Shown one piece after another: positions 51,863-64,000 of a DNA stretch of 64,000 nt. The first letter of the stretch is position 1. Every line of letters begins with the position of its first letter. A program made the translations under genes and the position numbers. The notes beneath the pieces were generated by a model that did no database searches, was not told the DNA's origin, and worked only from the letters and a program-made list of their open reading frames with translations. Source of the DNA: Welwitschia mirabilis (taxonomy: Eukaryota); NCBI GenBank assembly GCA_051453625.1, contig JBOZIK010000001.1:9094070-9158069 (forward strand), given 5' to 3'.

Positions 51863-54800
51863 TTAAAGCCCTCTATAGAATGGAAAAATGTTACTATGAT
51901 TATGGTCAAGAAGGAATATGTCCAAATCATTAGAGAGAACATCAAATGCTTAATTTATCTCCTTAAATTCTTCGAAATCTGCTGGATTTTTATCTGGATG
52001 TAGTCGTAGGGCTTTCTTCTTGTAGCTCGATTTAATGGCCTAAGGGAGGGCTCTATGAGAGAGTTCCAATGTGATGAAGGAATATCTCTTCAGCCCCTAA
52101 ATGGTTTCTATCAAAACCTCCCATCTAGCAGCATTTATTTCAATGTCCTCCTATGGTTGAAGTTGGATTTAGACTGATGAAGAATCTGAAGTGGAGTTCT
52201 ATGAAGAGCTAGGGCCCGAGGCTAGAGTAGAGGAGGTCTGGGCATGCCTACCTCACTCTTGAGAGTTTGGTGATAGTTAATCCTGAGTTAATTCTTGGGC
52301 TATGCTAGAGTTAGACTCCTCAGCTATCTTTTATTGGATCAGGGTCGAAGACATCTCCCCTGAATGACCTGGGGGTGAAGTCATCCCTCTCTTGCTAGGT
52401 CTGCCATGTGCAATGGTTTCCTCTAGAATAGGATTTCTTTTAGAAGAGGTTCTTATTTTAGAGGTTCTCCTAGGGGGAGTCTAGTGAGGATGACAATGGG
52501 GGGAGGGAAAGGGGCTCCTCTTGCCCTAATTTCTTGTGCTGCTCTCCAAAGGGCCAGGACTAAGACCAAGTACCTTAAGGAATCCTTCCATTTAAAAACT
52601 TTAATAAAAGAGAATGGCAAGTTCACCTAACATCCTAATTCAAGAGCTTTAAAAAAAGCAAAATAAATACCTGAAAGCTTAGAGAAATTCCCCAATTGGA
52701 TGAAGTAATGGTTCACGACTTCTGTACCAAGTCCCCAAGGGGATGGTAATGCCTTTCTGCTAATGTGCTAGCTTGGCAATTTAGGAACCCCATTAGGGAA
52801 GAAGTGAAGTGCTTCATTTTGTCTTCTACTTCTAAATGGAATCTGTTCTCCTTCTTTAGGGATTTCCATTAGCCTAGAGAGGGAGTCTTTGGTGATTTCT
52901 ATTAGAATTCTTTAGAAAGTGGTGTCTCCTCCTTTCCATCTTCTATAAAATGGAATGATATCAGCCCCTAGGTCTCCTCTAAGATTAAGCAGAAGGAGTT
53001 CCCATCCCACCACATACACTTTATCCCATAGAGCAAGGCATCCTTTGAAGAGGCCTAGGTTAGAAGGCTCAATTGTTGGCATGGCTCCCATCACGACTTT
53101 GATTTAGAAGTAAAGGTACATGATCCTCCTTTTTGTATTTATAGGAAAGGATGGGGAGCTTTATTAAAAATCAGATTATTTCTAATCCACCAAATCTGCC
53201 AAAATATTAAGTGGATCCTATTTAATAAATGCATATTAGGGGCATTACAGGTTTGATAGTACTTTGTTATAATGAAGATTAATTCTTTGCTTTAAAAGCA
53301 GTGATGAAATAGATGTTGTGCTATTTCTAGATTGGACTGGCAGATGGGATAATTTAAGTCCACTTGGGATACCCTTTTGAGCAATTCATCTTTAGTTAAA
53401 ATTCTCTGATGGTCTTTAACTAGAAAAAAACCTTAATTTTTTCTAGAATCTGTCACTTCCAATACTTCTTATATGTATTCTCTTTTCCATATTTCTTTAG
53501 TAGGATCTGCTTAGTTGAATCAGACTGAGAAATGTTTAAGTTAATAAGATGTTGTAAAGCTTTACTAAGGTGTTTCCTTAGGTAGAAATCCTTATGATCA
53601 ATGGTCTAATATCTGTATTTGTAATTGATTAAATCACACTAGGGATGACCTCCTTTTTGCAATCTCTTTAAAATTCTATGTGCTCTAGTAAGGATGCAAT
53701 CTTATGGTTTCTGAATCCCCAAATCCTCTGATTCTCTTGGGTGGGCAATAATCTCTCATTTGTAGAGATGAATTCGGCAGTAATTCTTTCCTCTTAACTA
53801 AATAAAATCTTTTAAGATCCTATTGATTTTTTGAATNNNNNNNNNNNNNNNNNNNNNNNNNNNNNNNNNNNNNNNNNNNNNNNNNNNNNNNNNNNNNNNN
53901 NNNNNNNNNNNNNNNNNNNNNNNNNNNNNNNNNNNNNNNNNNNNNNNNNNNNNNNNNNNNNNNNNNNNNNNNNNNNNNNNNNNNNNNNNNNNNNNNNNNN
54001 NNNNNNNNNNNNNNNNNNNNNNNNNNNNNNNNNNNNNNNNNNNNNNNNNNNNNNNNNNNNNNNNNNNNNNNNNNNNNNNNNNNNNNNNNNNNNNNNNNNN
54101 NNNNNNNNNNNNNNNNNNNNNNNNNNNNNNNNNNNNNNNNNNNNNNNNNNNNNNNNNNNNNNNNNNNNNNNNNNNNNNNNNNNNNNNNNNNNNNNNNNNN
54201 NNNNNNNNNNNNNNNNNNNNNNNNNNNNNNNNNNNNNNNNNNNNNNNNNNNNNNNNNNNNNNNNNNNNNNNNNNNNNNNNNNNNNNNNNNNNNNNNNNNN
54301 NNNNNNNNNNNNNNNNNNNNNNNNNNNNNNNNNNNNNNNNNNNNNNNNNNNNNNNNNNNNNNNNNNNNNNNNNNNNNNNNNNNNNNNNNNNNNNNNNNNN
54401 NNNNNNNNNNNNNNNNNNNNNNNNNNNNNNNNNNNNNNNNNNNNNNNNNNNNNNNNNNNNNNNNNNNNNNNNNNNNNNNNNNNNNNNNNNNNNNNNNNNN
54501 NNNNNNNNNNNNNNNNNNNNNNNNNNNNNNCAAGGACATAAGCTATGTACCGAGAAGAGGAAATTAATCAAGAGTTTATAAGAACAATTGTAGCTTTGGA
54601 TGAAAGAAAGTTATTTTTCCATGAGTTGCACCACCTTTGGATGGATTCCAAGATGTAATTCCAGGAATTGGTATTATGTCAATTTTAAAGAGGCATATCC
54701 AAGTAGATATCCTATAGGTCTCCTAATTTTGTACTCAGAATTCGGGTAATTTCTACCCCTCTAATACGTTTTCTACCAAAAATATGGATTATCGATTTTT

Positions 54801-56887
54801 TTCAATTATTATGTAACATATGTTCATAGCATTTTTTAATTAATTTTTCTTGCTGATATGATGCCCTGATCATGATGATAGTGTCATTTGCATAATGATT
54901 GTTGAAAAAGGTTTAGCCTCCAATTTTAATTCCTGTAACTCTGTTCCTTCTTAGAAAAACCTATAATACATTCATCACAAAAATAAAAAGGTATGAGGAT
55001 AGGGGGGGCCCCTTGTCTCAAGCGTCTATCTATTGAGAAGCAATTTGATCTATGGTTGTTGACCTCCATACTAAATTCGATGGAAACCTGCATGTCTAGC
55101 TAAAGATTAATAATATCTTTAGAAAATCTTATTTTCTTAAGAATACATCCTAAAACTTGTTAACTAACTAAACCATAAGCTTTAGTGTTTTCCAATTTAG
55201 CAATAAAGAGAGGAAATTTGTATTTTTAAATAGAGTGCATGATCTCATGAGTCAAGAGGATTTGGTCTTGGATATACCTAGATCAAATGAAGGCGGCTAG
55301 GTTCTCTGAAATCACATTGGAAAGAAGGGGGGTAATACAACCAACCATGATTTTTGCAAAAATTACATAAATAATATTATAAACACTTAGAGGCCTGAAA
55401 TCTTTTGGTTTACTAGCATCCATTTTTTTTGGTATAAGTACCACCCTAATTCTATTCATTTTCCTAAGAATCTTTCTATTGTGAAAGACTTCCTGCATTA
55501 CATCGTGAAGGTTATCCCTTAAGATGGAGAAGTAGGATTTGAAAAATTCAACCTGTCAGCCATCAAGATTAGGCATTTAATTATTCTTCATGGATCTGAC
55601 AGCAGATAAGATCTCTTTTTTACTCAGAGGTTTAAACAACATATAGTTATCTTCACTTGAAACTTTCTTATTTTTTGGAATTAAATCAGGGGAGATATCG
55701 TTTCATTCCCTGATTTTTTTTAAGATGGACCTGCAATTCCTTAGCTATATCTTCTTCATTTTCTGTAATTTGACCTCCTATGGATAGTCTTCTAATCTTG
55801 TTATCTAATCTATGCTAGTTGGCCTACTAGAATAAGAATATAGTACATTTATCACTCTCTTTAAGTCATTTGATCCTTGATTATTCTCTACAGTAATGTT
55901 CTTCATCAATGTTTATTTCTTAGAGATCCATTAGGCATTGATATTCTCTGTTCTATAGACTGTCCTAGTTACCTCCCTTCTTCTGCTCTGTTTGGATTCT
56001 TTTAATTTCTTCCTCAAGCTCGGTTTTTTATTTAAACCTCTTTTTAGCTTTCCTTCTCCAATCTCTTATGTGAGCCTTTAGGGTATTAAGGTCCCTATAC
56101 AAAAAATTTATGGATTGAGTTCCATCATACTGTGCCCATATTTTTTCCAATAGCACTCTAGTTTCTGTTTGGTTAATCCAATACTATTTCATATGAAATG
56201 GAGTTTTCTAGGGCAAAATCATCCCCACTCTAAGTTTGATAGGATGTTGATTTGAAGCAATTCTATTCAGACCATAAGCTTCAAATAAAAGTTTAGCTAG
56301 ATCCTTCCTAGCCAAAACTCTGTCAATATTGGACATTATCACATCTCTACCTACTCTTTTATTCGATCACATGTACTTACATCCAAAAATAGGGATGTCT
56401 ATGAGGGAGTGTCTTGCCAAAAAATCTTTTAGTATTGAGCTACCTCTAGAATTCCAGTTATCACCTTCTGATTTTTGCAATGATGAAGACATTGATTGAA
56501 GTCACCCAAGATGAGCCATTTAGATTTATCTACTATTGTCCTCTGAGCTTCTTCCAAGATAAAGGCCTTGTTTTGATTATGTTGGGAACTATAAAGATTC
56601 ATGATATCTAGCCTTCTTTTTTAAGGAGAACTATGATGTGGTTCTTGCTAGTGTGAATCAGATCTACCTCTCTTTTGGTAGAAATCATAATGCCACTAGA
56701 GTTGCCTTGGGCTGTAATGATGAAGGAAATCCATTACTACTCTAAATTCATTTTTCCCATATCATTTTTGGTCTTTGTTTCCTGTAAGCAAATTAAATCA
56801 ATATTATACTAACTGATCATATTTCATAGGGTTTTTTTCCTTATAGGAGAACCCTAATTTTCTACAATTCCATATGAGATAATTTAT
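51863..56887 (-). pseudogene. LINE ORF2 (APE endonuclease, RT, C-terminal region) plus 3' extension
   Basis: NYLIWNCRKLG, LICLQETK, WLILGDFNQ, LIPKKMDASKPKDFRPLSVYNIIY, LRQGAPLSSYLF, HYANDT, IFWQIWWIRNNLIFN (53165-53210); decayed TAATG overlap (TAATA) at 56889-56885. Frame continuity into the extension is inferred. Confidence 0.85.
51902..52084 (-). pseudogene. DnaJ/Hsp40 J-domain inside the LINE
   Basis: Single frame YSFITLELSHRALP*AIKSSYKKKALRLHPDKNPADFEEFKEIN*AFDVLSNDLDIFLLDH; HPD at 52000-51992; all four helices fit the J-domain consensus. Confidence 0.92.
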
Positions 56888-58000
56888 TAGGGGTGTTTTC
56901 ACCCCTTTTTGAGTGCTTAACCTCCCCTTAAGGTATCTTTAATGGTCTTTTGGGAATTATTTACAACATTATTTATCATTTCTCATTCTTAGAGAGTCCT
57001 ATTATTGGGCCTTTCCTTCGTTTGAGTTTCTACTTTGTTAGGTTCATCATCATTCAGAGGTTTTTAGGTGTTATAAGAGGTTGAAAGAGCTTATTCTCTA
57101 GTTTTGGTACTCCTTTTTTTTTGCTTTTCTTAGGAAAAATTGTAATACTTTTTCTAGTTTGTTCCTTTGTTTACTTATGTCAGCATATATTTTGATTGTG
57201 ACTAGTTTTCTCACAAAAAGTACAGGTTTCTTTTGGCTTTTCTTTAATATCAATCAATATTTTTTGACGTTCTTCTCTTAGATTATCCAAGCTTCCAAAA
57301 TGTGAACATTTCTTTTCAAGTGGAGCACATCTTTCTAGAGAGATGTCCTAATTTTTCACATAGGGACCAGAAGACTCTCGTAGGTAATGTTAAGTTCACA
57401 AATATTCCATTTAGATCTAAACTTTATAGATTGGATCTCCTTAGTATCCTTTAGGCTCATCTAGACACAAAATCTGGCCAACACTAATCTTTTCTATTTA
57501 ATAGTAATCATGTTGAGTTTGATGAGTTCACTAAACTGAGCTACCATTTTTCTTAAAAGATCTTCATTGCAAAACTCCAATGGAAACTTGTGGATTTAGA
57601 TCCAAATTAGAAGTCTCTTAAATAGATTAGGATCCGATTGCATCTCTAGTGTTTATTTGCCTAGGGCAAGGCCACGAACCCTAAAAAACCAACGTCCTCT
57701 TGTGATTATTTCATCCCGATCTCATTTGTTATCTAGTTGAAATAACACCAACCCTTCAAGCATTGCAATAACATCAACTTTACTAACTCGTGTCCATTTA
57801 GTAGCAACCTATTCACAGATCCGATCCAACCTTGATTAAGAACTGAAAGAGGCAAACTTTCTAATTAGACTGTATTTGAGTTTCTTCTCAATCTTACTAT
57901 AGGCATCTTCATTGATGTCCAATATAAGGGATTTTTCTTCCCTAAAGAACTAAGTCTTTTTCATATTGGGGCCAAACCCCTCGAAAAAAATCCTAAACAT
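56887..58000 (-). pseudogene. LINE ORF1 (DUF4283-type)
   Basis: EKKLKYSLIRKF, RGRWFFRVRGLAL, LLIWI*IHKFPLEFCNEDLL, LARFCV; start approximate. Confidence 0.85.
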
Positions 58001-58222
58001 AGATCAAAACTACTAAATGAAAAAAATCCCACAACTTACCCATAGAATGACTGTTTGATGACTAAAATCACCCCTGCATTTTGTGACCATGGACCAAAAC
58101 TGTCCCCACCAATTCGTGGCCCTCCAAGACTTGCTCCCTCATATGCTCTAGATCCGTCAAAACTTAGCAGAGCTTTAAAACCCTAGCAAATCTCCTCAAC
58201 TTAGCATGATCAGTTCTTCAAT

Positions 58223-58546
58223 GTTTTAAACTAAAGAGTTTTTAAGTTTATAGCTATCTGCATGCTAGCTTTTTAAGAATGGCAAAGGCCTAGTATTTTC
58301 CTAGTTGAGATAGAAATTTAGTTGCTTAATATAGTCTCTAATACTTTTTTTTTTTCCTTTTCTTTTCTTTGTTTAGCTAGGATTTCAAAATTAAATTTTG
58401 TGAATAGAGGTTTTTTCCATTTATCTTATTGGACTTTTGGAAATTCCTTTTTGCTTTGTTAATATATTTAGCCTCTTTTTAGGGAAAAACAATAAAGGTA
58501 AAATCTTTAGTGAACATCTAATTATTAAAAAAAGAAAAATAAAAAA
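58223..58546 (+). mobile_element. Host L1 LINE segment 4: rest of 3' UTR and A-rich tail
   Basis: The T-rich tract resumes after the TSD of the inserted LINE and ends in AAAAAAAGAAAAATAAAAAA. Confidence 0.5.
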
Positions 58547-61500
58547 CTTATCCTAGATTTCTAAGTAGGGGATCTTATCCTAATGATTTTGTTTCACAAT
58601 GACAAATGTTATGATGTTGAATAAAGATTGTTGTTGCATGTGTTAATCTTTTATATTGTTTTTTTACTAACTTTTTTCCTATTTATTTTTTCCTCATCTT
58701 TATAAGTTAACTCAATATATTGATATTCTAACAAAGTTGGATGATTCCTTATGTGCTCTTATATGCTTTTCTTTCATATGTCTCCTACATAAAGCAACCT
58801 TAATCTTGATATCTAAGCTCTTCATGCAACATAGAAAATTGTTAAATTTTAATATAAAAGAAAGATGTTTATGTAAAGAAGAATATAAATAAATTAAATT
58901 GAAAATGTTTTGAGTATTATATGAATATAACACAAGTTAGAACTCAGCATAAAGTCGACTTTATTCAACCCATGCTCATAAATTATGATCTTTAACATCT
59001 TTTATTTAAATTCTGCAATGTGTCGGTTGGCTTGTGATTTTATCCATGTACTCAAGGTGCAAATGAATGTGGATTTTAACATCTAGGATATGAATTACAA
59101 GTGATTTCTAAATGTTGGATGGCTACATTCTAAGATGATAAAGGCCTTTTATAGGGTTTTATCTAATCAAGCATAAATACAATTTGTTCTTCTTATCATA
59201 ATTTTTTTCTTAATTATCAATGATTAATAATAATTGTTGTGATAATAGTTTCCTACGTCCTTGTTTTTTAAATGAATGATAGAATTGTTATGTCTATTCA
59301 ATTTGGGCAACTATTACATAATTATTAAACATTTGTAACCCACATCTTTATCATTCATCCATGTAGAGGTTTAGATGTATTTATGCTATCATTTTTATAT
59401 GGAAATCCTTCTATGCTTATTCATTATTATTCATTCATAGTTATCTAAAATAGGTCCCTAACACTTCCTTATAATCCTAAATAATATATACAAGCTAAGA
59501 TAATTTGTAAACCTTCTAATACTTCCTTGTGAAAGTGCCGTAGTGAATTCATCAAATATATAAAGTTTACTATTAATGTATTTGAAAATTAGGAATTTAT
59601 CTTCAAAAAGTCAAACTTTGCATCAATACGTTTGGATTTGCTTTTTTGAAATGAATTAATCATTAGCTTTATAGTATCTTGATTATTAACTTGAATTGGT
59701 CTTAATTATTAACTTGAAATGGTTGTATTTGAAACTTATCTACACTTTTCAATGAGCATTTAATGTACTCAGTTATTTATTTTTTAAAACTTTTTCCGCC
59801 TTTGCTTTTTGGGGGTATATTTATAATTACAACATTGTTTGTTTTGCAAAGGATAATGCAGAACTTCTTGTTTACACATTACTAAGAAAAAATGGTTTGC
59901 AATGTTGAAGAATAAAGAACCCATAGGTGGAGACACAATCATTTTCATTTTTAGTAAAACAAAAGTAAACTTTTTTATTTTAGTTATTTGTTATTTTATG
60001 TTATTCACTTTCATATAATATGGTTGGCCAACCAATTATTATGCCAACTATGATATGACATGTCTGAGACATACTAGATTTCGGACTTCCTAAACTTATT
60101 GATTAATCTAATATGTTTATACTATAATTAGGATTATTTAATTATTTTGATCATAAGTTCTTTGGAAACTGATTGTTATAAGCATGAGTTTCCAAGAAAC
60201 TATATGGAAGTCTTCTATTATTTAACGAGTAATAAATAACATAAATTTGTACATATAATATACAAGCTAGAGTAAAACGTATGCTTTTGTTTTGAAGCCT
60301 ATAATAACTACTTCATGCAATTAAATTTATGAGATCATCTGAATCATCTTTTGCACCCTACTAAAACATCGTGATACAAAGTTGGTTTTACTTAGTAAGA
60401 GCATAAGAATTATAACTGATTTGATATTATCTAAGACAACTTTAAATCTTGTTTTTTTAACTTATTTTTAATGCAATTTTTTTTAATTAATACTATGCTC
60501 TTTATATACAAAAATTTCTTTGCTTTAATGAATTATCCCTAGTTTGTTTTTTCTTTAACTTTTACAACTGCTTCCTTTACCTCTTACATCTTTCTTATAA
60601 TTGTTAAAGAATTCTTTGTGTTCATCATGTTACTTGTATAATATTTCAAGTGTTCCACCCCCTTCCCCGTCTTTCCCTACCCCTCCACCCCCTCCACCTC
60701 CATTTTTCCCCCTTCTCATGAGTGTGTAAATCTTTCCAAGGTAATTGATAACTTATATTTTGTAAGCTTTATAAAAAAAAGTAATTTGAAAAAATATATA
60801 TATATAATCGTATTGTAAAAGAAATAGATGACTTATTAATTTTTTTTTTTTGACAGGAATAGGAAATAGCAAATCACATTTAGTACGTAGTGTTCCATTG
60901 TCTGTTTTCTATTTATAGCCTTATAGGTGCAAAACACCATGAACACTAAGAGGTTCATCCATAATGAGTATACATCTAGTAAATAATCTTCATATATATG
61001 ATATCATTATCCTAAACAACTATTTTGAAGTAAAATTAACTAAAGGTATAAAATATATATTCTTAAAAAACTAAATGAGATAAATAATTTTAAGAATGTG
61101 CACAAAATTTCTTGGTACTAACATATTTAACTTGTATTTTACTTTGTGCTATAATAATAAAAAAAAAAATAAAAATGAAATACCTAAGATTAAGTAATGG
61201 AGTAAATTCATGTCAAATGAATCTACAACTATTATATCTTAATATAATAAAGAAAAGAATGAAACCATTGTAAAACAAAAATATGTATGTGATATCAACC
61301 AAAATGAAAAATTCCATGAAATTAAATAGTGTAAATTTTAACCTATGTTTTCTTAACTGATATTTTTTTTTCATTGAAGGACATTTTTCAAGAATTGAAC
61401 TCATGGTCACAATTATATTATAGTGTTGCTCTACTGTTAGAATGTCTCTTCAGAGATAATTTCAGTTATATTTTACATAAGTTAATATCAAATTATCTAA

Positions 61501-63671
61501 ATGAATTATCTATAAAATATTATGTGGTTCTTTGTATCTTTGCTTGTCATTGAAAATTCTATGACACCTTGATCATAATAAAATAATCTAACGATCATTC
61601 ATTAGAAGTTTCAAATTCAACATCCCCTATTATTTATCTTTTTCAAGAAATCAAAACCTAATAATATTAGGATGTAAAAAGTAAGTATCAATTAAATTTA
61701 ATTTTTACTCTTGAAGTTATCAACTAAAACCAAGGTAAGTTTATTTCAATTACATGTTATACAAAAGCCGTTTACACTCACTTCTTTAGTTTAATTAAGT
61801 AATATTTATTTTTCTATCTATTTTCTATTATTCCTTTTTTTTATTTCTTTAAGGTTATTAGTTAAAACATTTTATTCTAATCAAATAGGTAACCAAGATA
61901 ATTTACTGATTACAAAATAATTAGTGGTAATAGCTATGATTAGATCACTATAAATATTTATAAGATTATTTTTCTAAGGCAAATTAGCAAAGAATTCACT
62001 AAAATAATAAAAAGGTGATTTACAAGTCACCACTATGATACTTTCTAAGTAACTTTTATCTTTATCTACATTTGGAATGTTACTTTTATATTTAATTCTA
62101 TTTTAATTCCTTTTTAAGTGGTTATTTATTAATTACTTTTTAAATATTTAAATAAATATTATTAATATTTTTAATTTTTTAATATTGATCTAATTTTCTT
62201 TAAGCTTTATAACTACCTAAAAACTCAATTGGTTGATTTGATAACTAGAATAATTAAAACACATCTTATATTATCCAAGTTCTTAGTAATATGCAAAATA
62301 TTTTTTTCTTTTTTTCATCTTTTTCCCTTTTTTTTTGTCCCTTCTTTTTGGGTTTATAGTTGAGGTGACAGTATGGGTTTAATCCATCGAAAAAAAAGTC
62401 TTCATTACAATTTAAAAAAGAGTTTAAAACTAAGCCACCTAAAATGTCAATTTTAATAAAATACTCCATAATTTTAAAACTATGCATATTTTAGTGGTAT
62501 GTTTACATTTAGATTTTTTAAGCCTTTTTAATTAATTACTTAAAAATTATTAGTTAAAATATTTAATAGGTCTTGTTATCTTTTTTAACATTTATTCTTA
62601 ATCCAGTTTACTTCAAGATTAATATCTAATGAAAAACGAAAAAGGCTTTTTCTCTAATTCGAATAATTAGAATATGTGTTATATTATCAAAATTCTCATT
62701 GTTATCCACATTACCAATCTAAGTCTCAAGACAACTTGTATTACTAACTTCAAAAAACTACACATGAATTTTCGAATTAGTTATTCTGTGTGTCTTATAC
62801 TACTATAAATTAACACTTTTTATGAATACTTTAATTTAGAATAAGAGTTTAAATAATGTTACTATAAATCTTGCTAACATAAACTACTGTTGCATGAGAT
62901 TCAAGAAGTCTCAAATCATGTAAAATAGTATTTAAAGTTTGATATGTCAAAGTATTGGATTCAAATCCTATAGTATGCAAGTTATCTTATGGTTCATATT
63001 CATATATTCAAATTGAATTTGGGTGCAACCTTCAATGTCTTCGATATGAATCACAGACCTACACTTGGTGGTGAACTCCTAGGTCGATATGAGTTTCACC
63101 TAGCTAAGAAAACTAGTAACCAGAGTGAGTGTGATACACCCTTTCATCACTTTACTTCCTTAACAAAACTCAAAAAAAGAGTTAAATTAAAAAGGGGGGA
63201 AAAACTCCTTTAGAGTACATCTTTGTAAAAGTAACATCAAATTTAAATCTTTGTATTCAATCTAGTGAAGATATTTAAATACTATTGTTATTCTTCTATA
63301 TTAACTTACTAATAATCTTTTGAATAACACAAAGAATATAGGATTTTAAGAAGAAATGAATTGAAGTGTTTTAAGTTTTCTAGTATATTATCTTTCAATA
63401 TCAAATATTAAATGAATAAATAAGAAAATCATTATTTCTTAAAAATTTCTACTTTTGAACTCTTATAAATGTGTAAGATCATTCTTTAATGTTATATGAG
63501 TAGTCCTCTCACATATAATTACAAATGCACAATTCAAAATGGAAATATTTTAATATCACTATACATGATAATAACATAATTAAAAAATTATATATTCCAT
63601 CAATTTAATTATGACTTTATATTAAATATCTGATAAATGTATTATCCCATTTCTTGCATTAATCTAAAATT

Positions 63672-63711
63672 ATATATATTCATATNNNNNNNTATATATA
63701 TATATATATAT
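63672..63711. repeat. (TA)n microsatellite around a small gap
   Basis: TA repeats on both sides of 6 Ns. Confidence 0.85.
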
Positions 63712-64000
63712 GAATAACTATTTGAAAATAATATGATCAAATTGGAGTCATGATTCTCTTAAAGAACAATTATGGGTTCTTTCAAGGAACATCTTTCATA
63801 ATCTATAAAACTAAGAGATAATATGAAATATTAGATTTCCTTTATCAAATCAAAATGTAAAGTCTAAAATGAAAGATCGATGAATACTAATTTAGTTATT
63901 ACTTTTATTTACTATGAAAATGAAAATAAATATTAAATAGTCTACAATGTTATAAATAATACTCAATAGAGCACATTAATAACATATTATAATAGTTATA

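Larger units (their letters stand above)
51555..58209 (-). mobile_element. Full-length degenerate L1 LINE with a 3' J-domain
   Basis: 13-bp TSD TCAGTTCTTCAAT (51542-51554, 58210-58222); short poly(A) (T7 at 51556-51562); ORF1 and ORF2 motifs in the expected order. Confidence 0.93.

Noticed and set aside
3825-54571. Long ORFs in the supplied track (e.g. 6474-7236, 13103-13888, 47483-47919, 53798-54571)
   Set aside because: They consist mostly of N-gap X residues and are artefacts, not genes.
60655-60715. C-rich tract with G-quadruplex potential on the minus strand
   Set aside because: Isolated low-complexity sequence with no supporting context.
62880-63213. SINE-like segment or 74-aa ORF
   Set aside because: Only a weak B-box-like GGATTCAAATCC; no clear A-box or TSD and no recognisable protein motif.

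Overview
AT-rich, repeat-dense plant genomic DNA from a gapped draft assembly, with no intact protein-coding gene. It is a nest of decayed transposons whose boundaries can be fixed by target-site duplications (TSDs). An L1 LINE (about 2050-8680) is split by an internally deleted Copia element (3123-5794, TSD AAAGT). A very old minus-strand Copia lies at 11555-16950. A second L1 LINE (about 21100-58545, +) hosts three insertions: a gag-only Sirevirus-like element (22596-26924), a Sirevirus (28743-48434, TSD ATTTA) with a duplicated pol and an env-like ORF, and a full-length minus-strand L1 (51555-58209, 13-bp TSD). Two findings stand out. (1) The minus-strand L1 encodes a DnaJ/Hsp40 J-domain with an intact HPD motif between its ORF2 C-terminal region and its poly(A) tail. 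(2) A non-autonomous CACTA (38294-46933, TSD GAT) inside the Sirevirus carries co-oriented fragments of at least five unrelated host genes: a Cdc1/MPPE1-like metallophosphoesterase, a TMK-type LRR kinase, trehalase, RGP/UDP-arabinopyranose mutase and a JAM/MYC-type bHLH. Protein calls come from hand translation and motif recognition, not database searches.
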